Shown: piece by piece, positions 63,141 through 64,000 of the stretch
Layout: each line of letters starts with the position of its first letter
How positions within the stretch are numbered: position 1 is the first letter of the stretch
DNA from: Mustelus asterias
Lineage: Eukaryota
NCBI RefSeq assembly: GCF_964213995.1
Contig: NC_135812.1
Location: 98,580,001 to 98,644,000, forward strand
Length of the DNA: 64,000 nucleotides
Direction: 5' to 3'
Translations under genes and position numbers: made by a program
The notes under the pieces: model-generated
Databases searched by the model: none
Told to the model about the DNA's origin: nothing
What the model saw: the letters and a program-made list of their open reading frames with translations, nothing else

Positions 63141-63926
63141 TATGTTTCTCACTGCTGTTTGTGATTAACAATTGCACTGGTGAAAAATGACTTAACAGTT
63201 TTCCAATAGGTGTGATTAAATTGTTTCTGTATGCTGCAATAAGATTAGCATATTAGGACTGAATGTTAGATCAGTGTGCCAGGGTAGATGGAAATCACAA
63301 TGGGTGGAATTCTCCATAGCTCCTGCCGGTGGATTCGATGGCGAATGACCATGGCGGGGAGAATATGGCCGGAGGCCCAGGAATTGGTTTCACGCCGGTG
63401 TGAATTTACAGCGGGACCTTCCGCTGGTGCCCGTCATGGCAGGCTAGAAAACACACCAAAAGCCGGCTCCCGCTTCTCTTACACGCCCCCCCCCCTCCCC
63501 CCCTCCCCAACGCCTCTGTGATGCCAGCAGGAAAATGCATCTAAAATAACATGCCTGGGGCTGCCCCCAGAGTTCAGGAGGCCACCAGCAATTCTGGACC
63601 ATGAAAAACCACAGATCTGGATGCGGGGGGAACATCTGCAGGTGGAACTTCCAGATTCAATGTTCTGGAGGGGTTCCATCTTCCAGGCTTAAAATGTTCC
63701 TGAAGATCCATCTTCGTTCTCGGGGGAGGGTCCATCTCCTGGTCTCAGAGTGCTCCCAGAATCCATCTTCATTTTCAAGATGTCCACCTTGTTTCTTCTG
63801 TAGTGGATCAGTGATGTTGGCACCTTTTCAGTTTGCTACCCAGACATGATGGCAGACTATACGCCATCCAAGCCAGCCCCAGCACTGAATTATGGAGCAA
63901 AACATCTGGGTGCATAATTAATGATT

Positions 63927-64000
63927 CATAGAATCATAGAGTCATAGAATCATACAGTGCAGACGAGGCCCTTCAGCCCATCGAGTTCACACCGACACAT
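63927..64000 (-). mobile_element. HE1/HER1 tail running off the window
   Basis: (TCATAGAA)n followed by TACAGTGCAGA..GGCC. Confidence 0.8.

Noticed and set aside
46038-64000. First coding exon of TMEM235
   Set aside because: No SHSGLW-type exon was found by eye; donor-like sites at ~56178 and ~56400 give no matching peptide. It probably lies beyond the window.

Overview
Eukaryotic, repeat-rich vertebrate DNA. The repeat content (HE1/V-SINEs, SacSINE1-like Deu-SINEs, HER1/CR1 LINEs) points to a shark or ray. Two convergent protein-coding genes are partly present. On + are the last two coding exons of L-threonine aldolase (THA1; 2896-3088, 11150-11469). On - are the last three coding exons of the claudin/PMP22-family gene TMEM235 (46037-45957, 35699-35562, 20255-20023); its first coding exon was not found. 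The rest is intronic or intergenic and dominated by SINEs, CR1 fragments, Harbinger relics, an L1 relic, a Tx1 fragment and minisatellites. Three observations stand out. (1) A ~325-bp poly(A)-tailed, TSD-flanked retroposon at 34153-34476 has a head made of U2 snRNA nt 2-37 and a densely base-paired body with further U2-like motifs; it is a candidate shark U2-headed SINE or a retroposed divergent U2-like RNA. (2) About 13 Penelope-like insertions, mostly fold-backs, many carrying covarying minimal hammerhead ribozymes, show 8-13-bp TSDs and a fixed truncation point. (3) A 21-bp minisatellite has amplified the TMEM235 exon donor into an array of 11 decoy GTGAGT 5' splice sites. All calls were made by eye and repeat boundaries are approximate.
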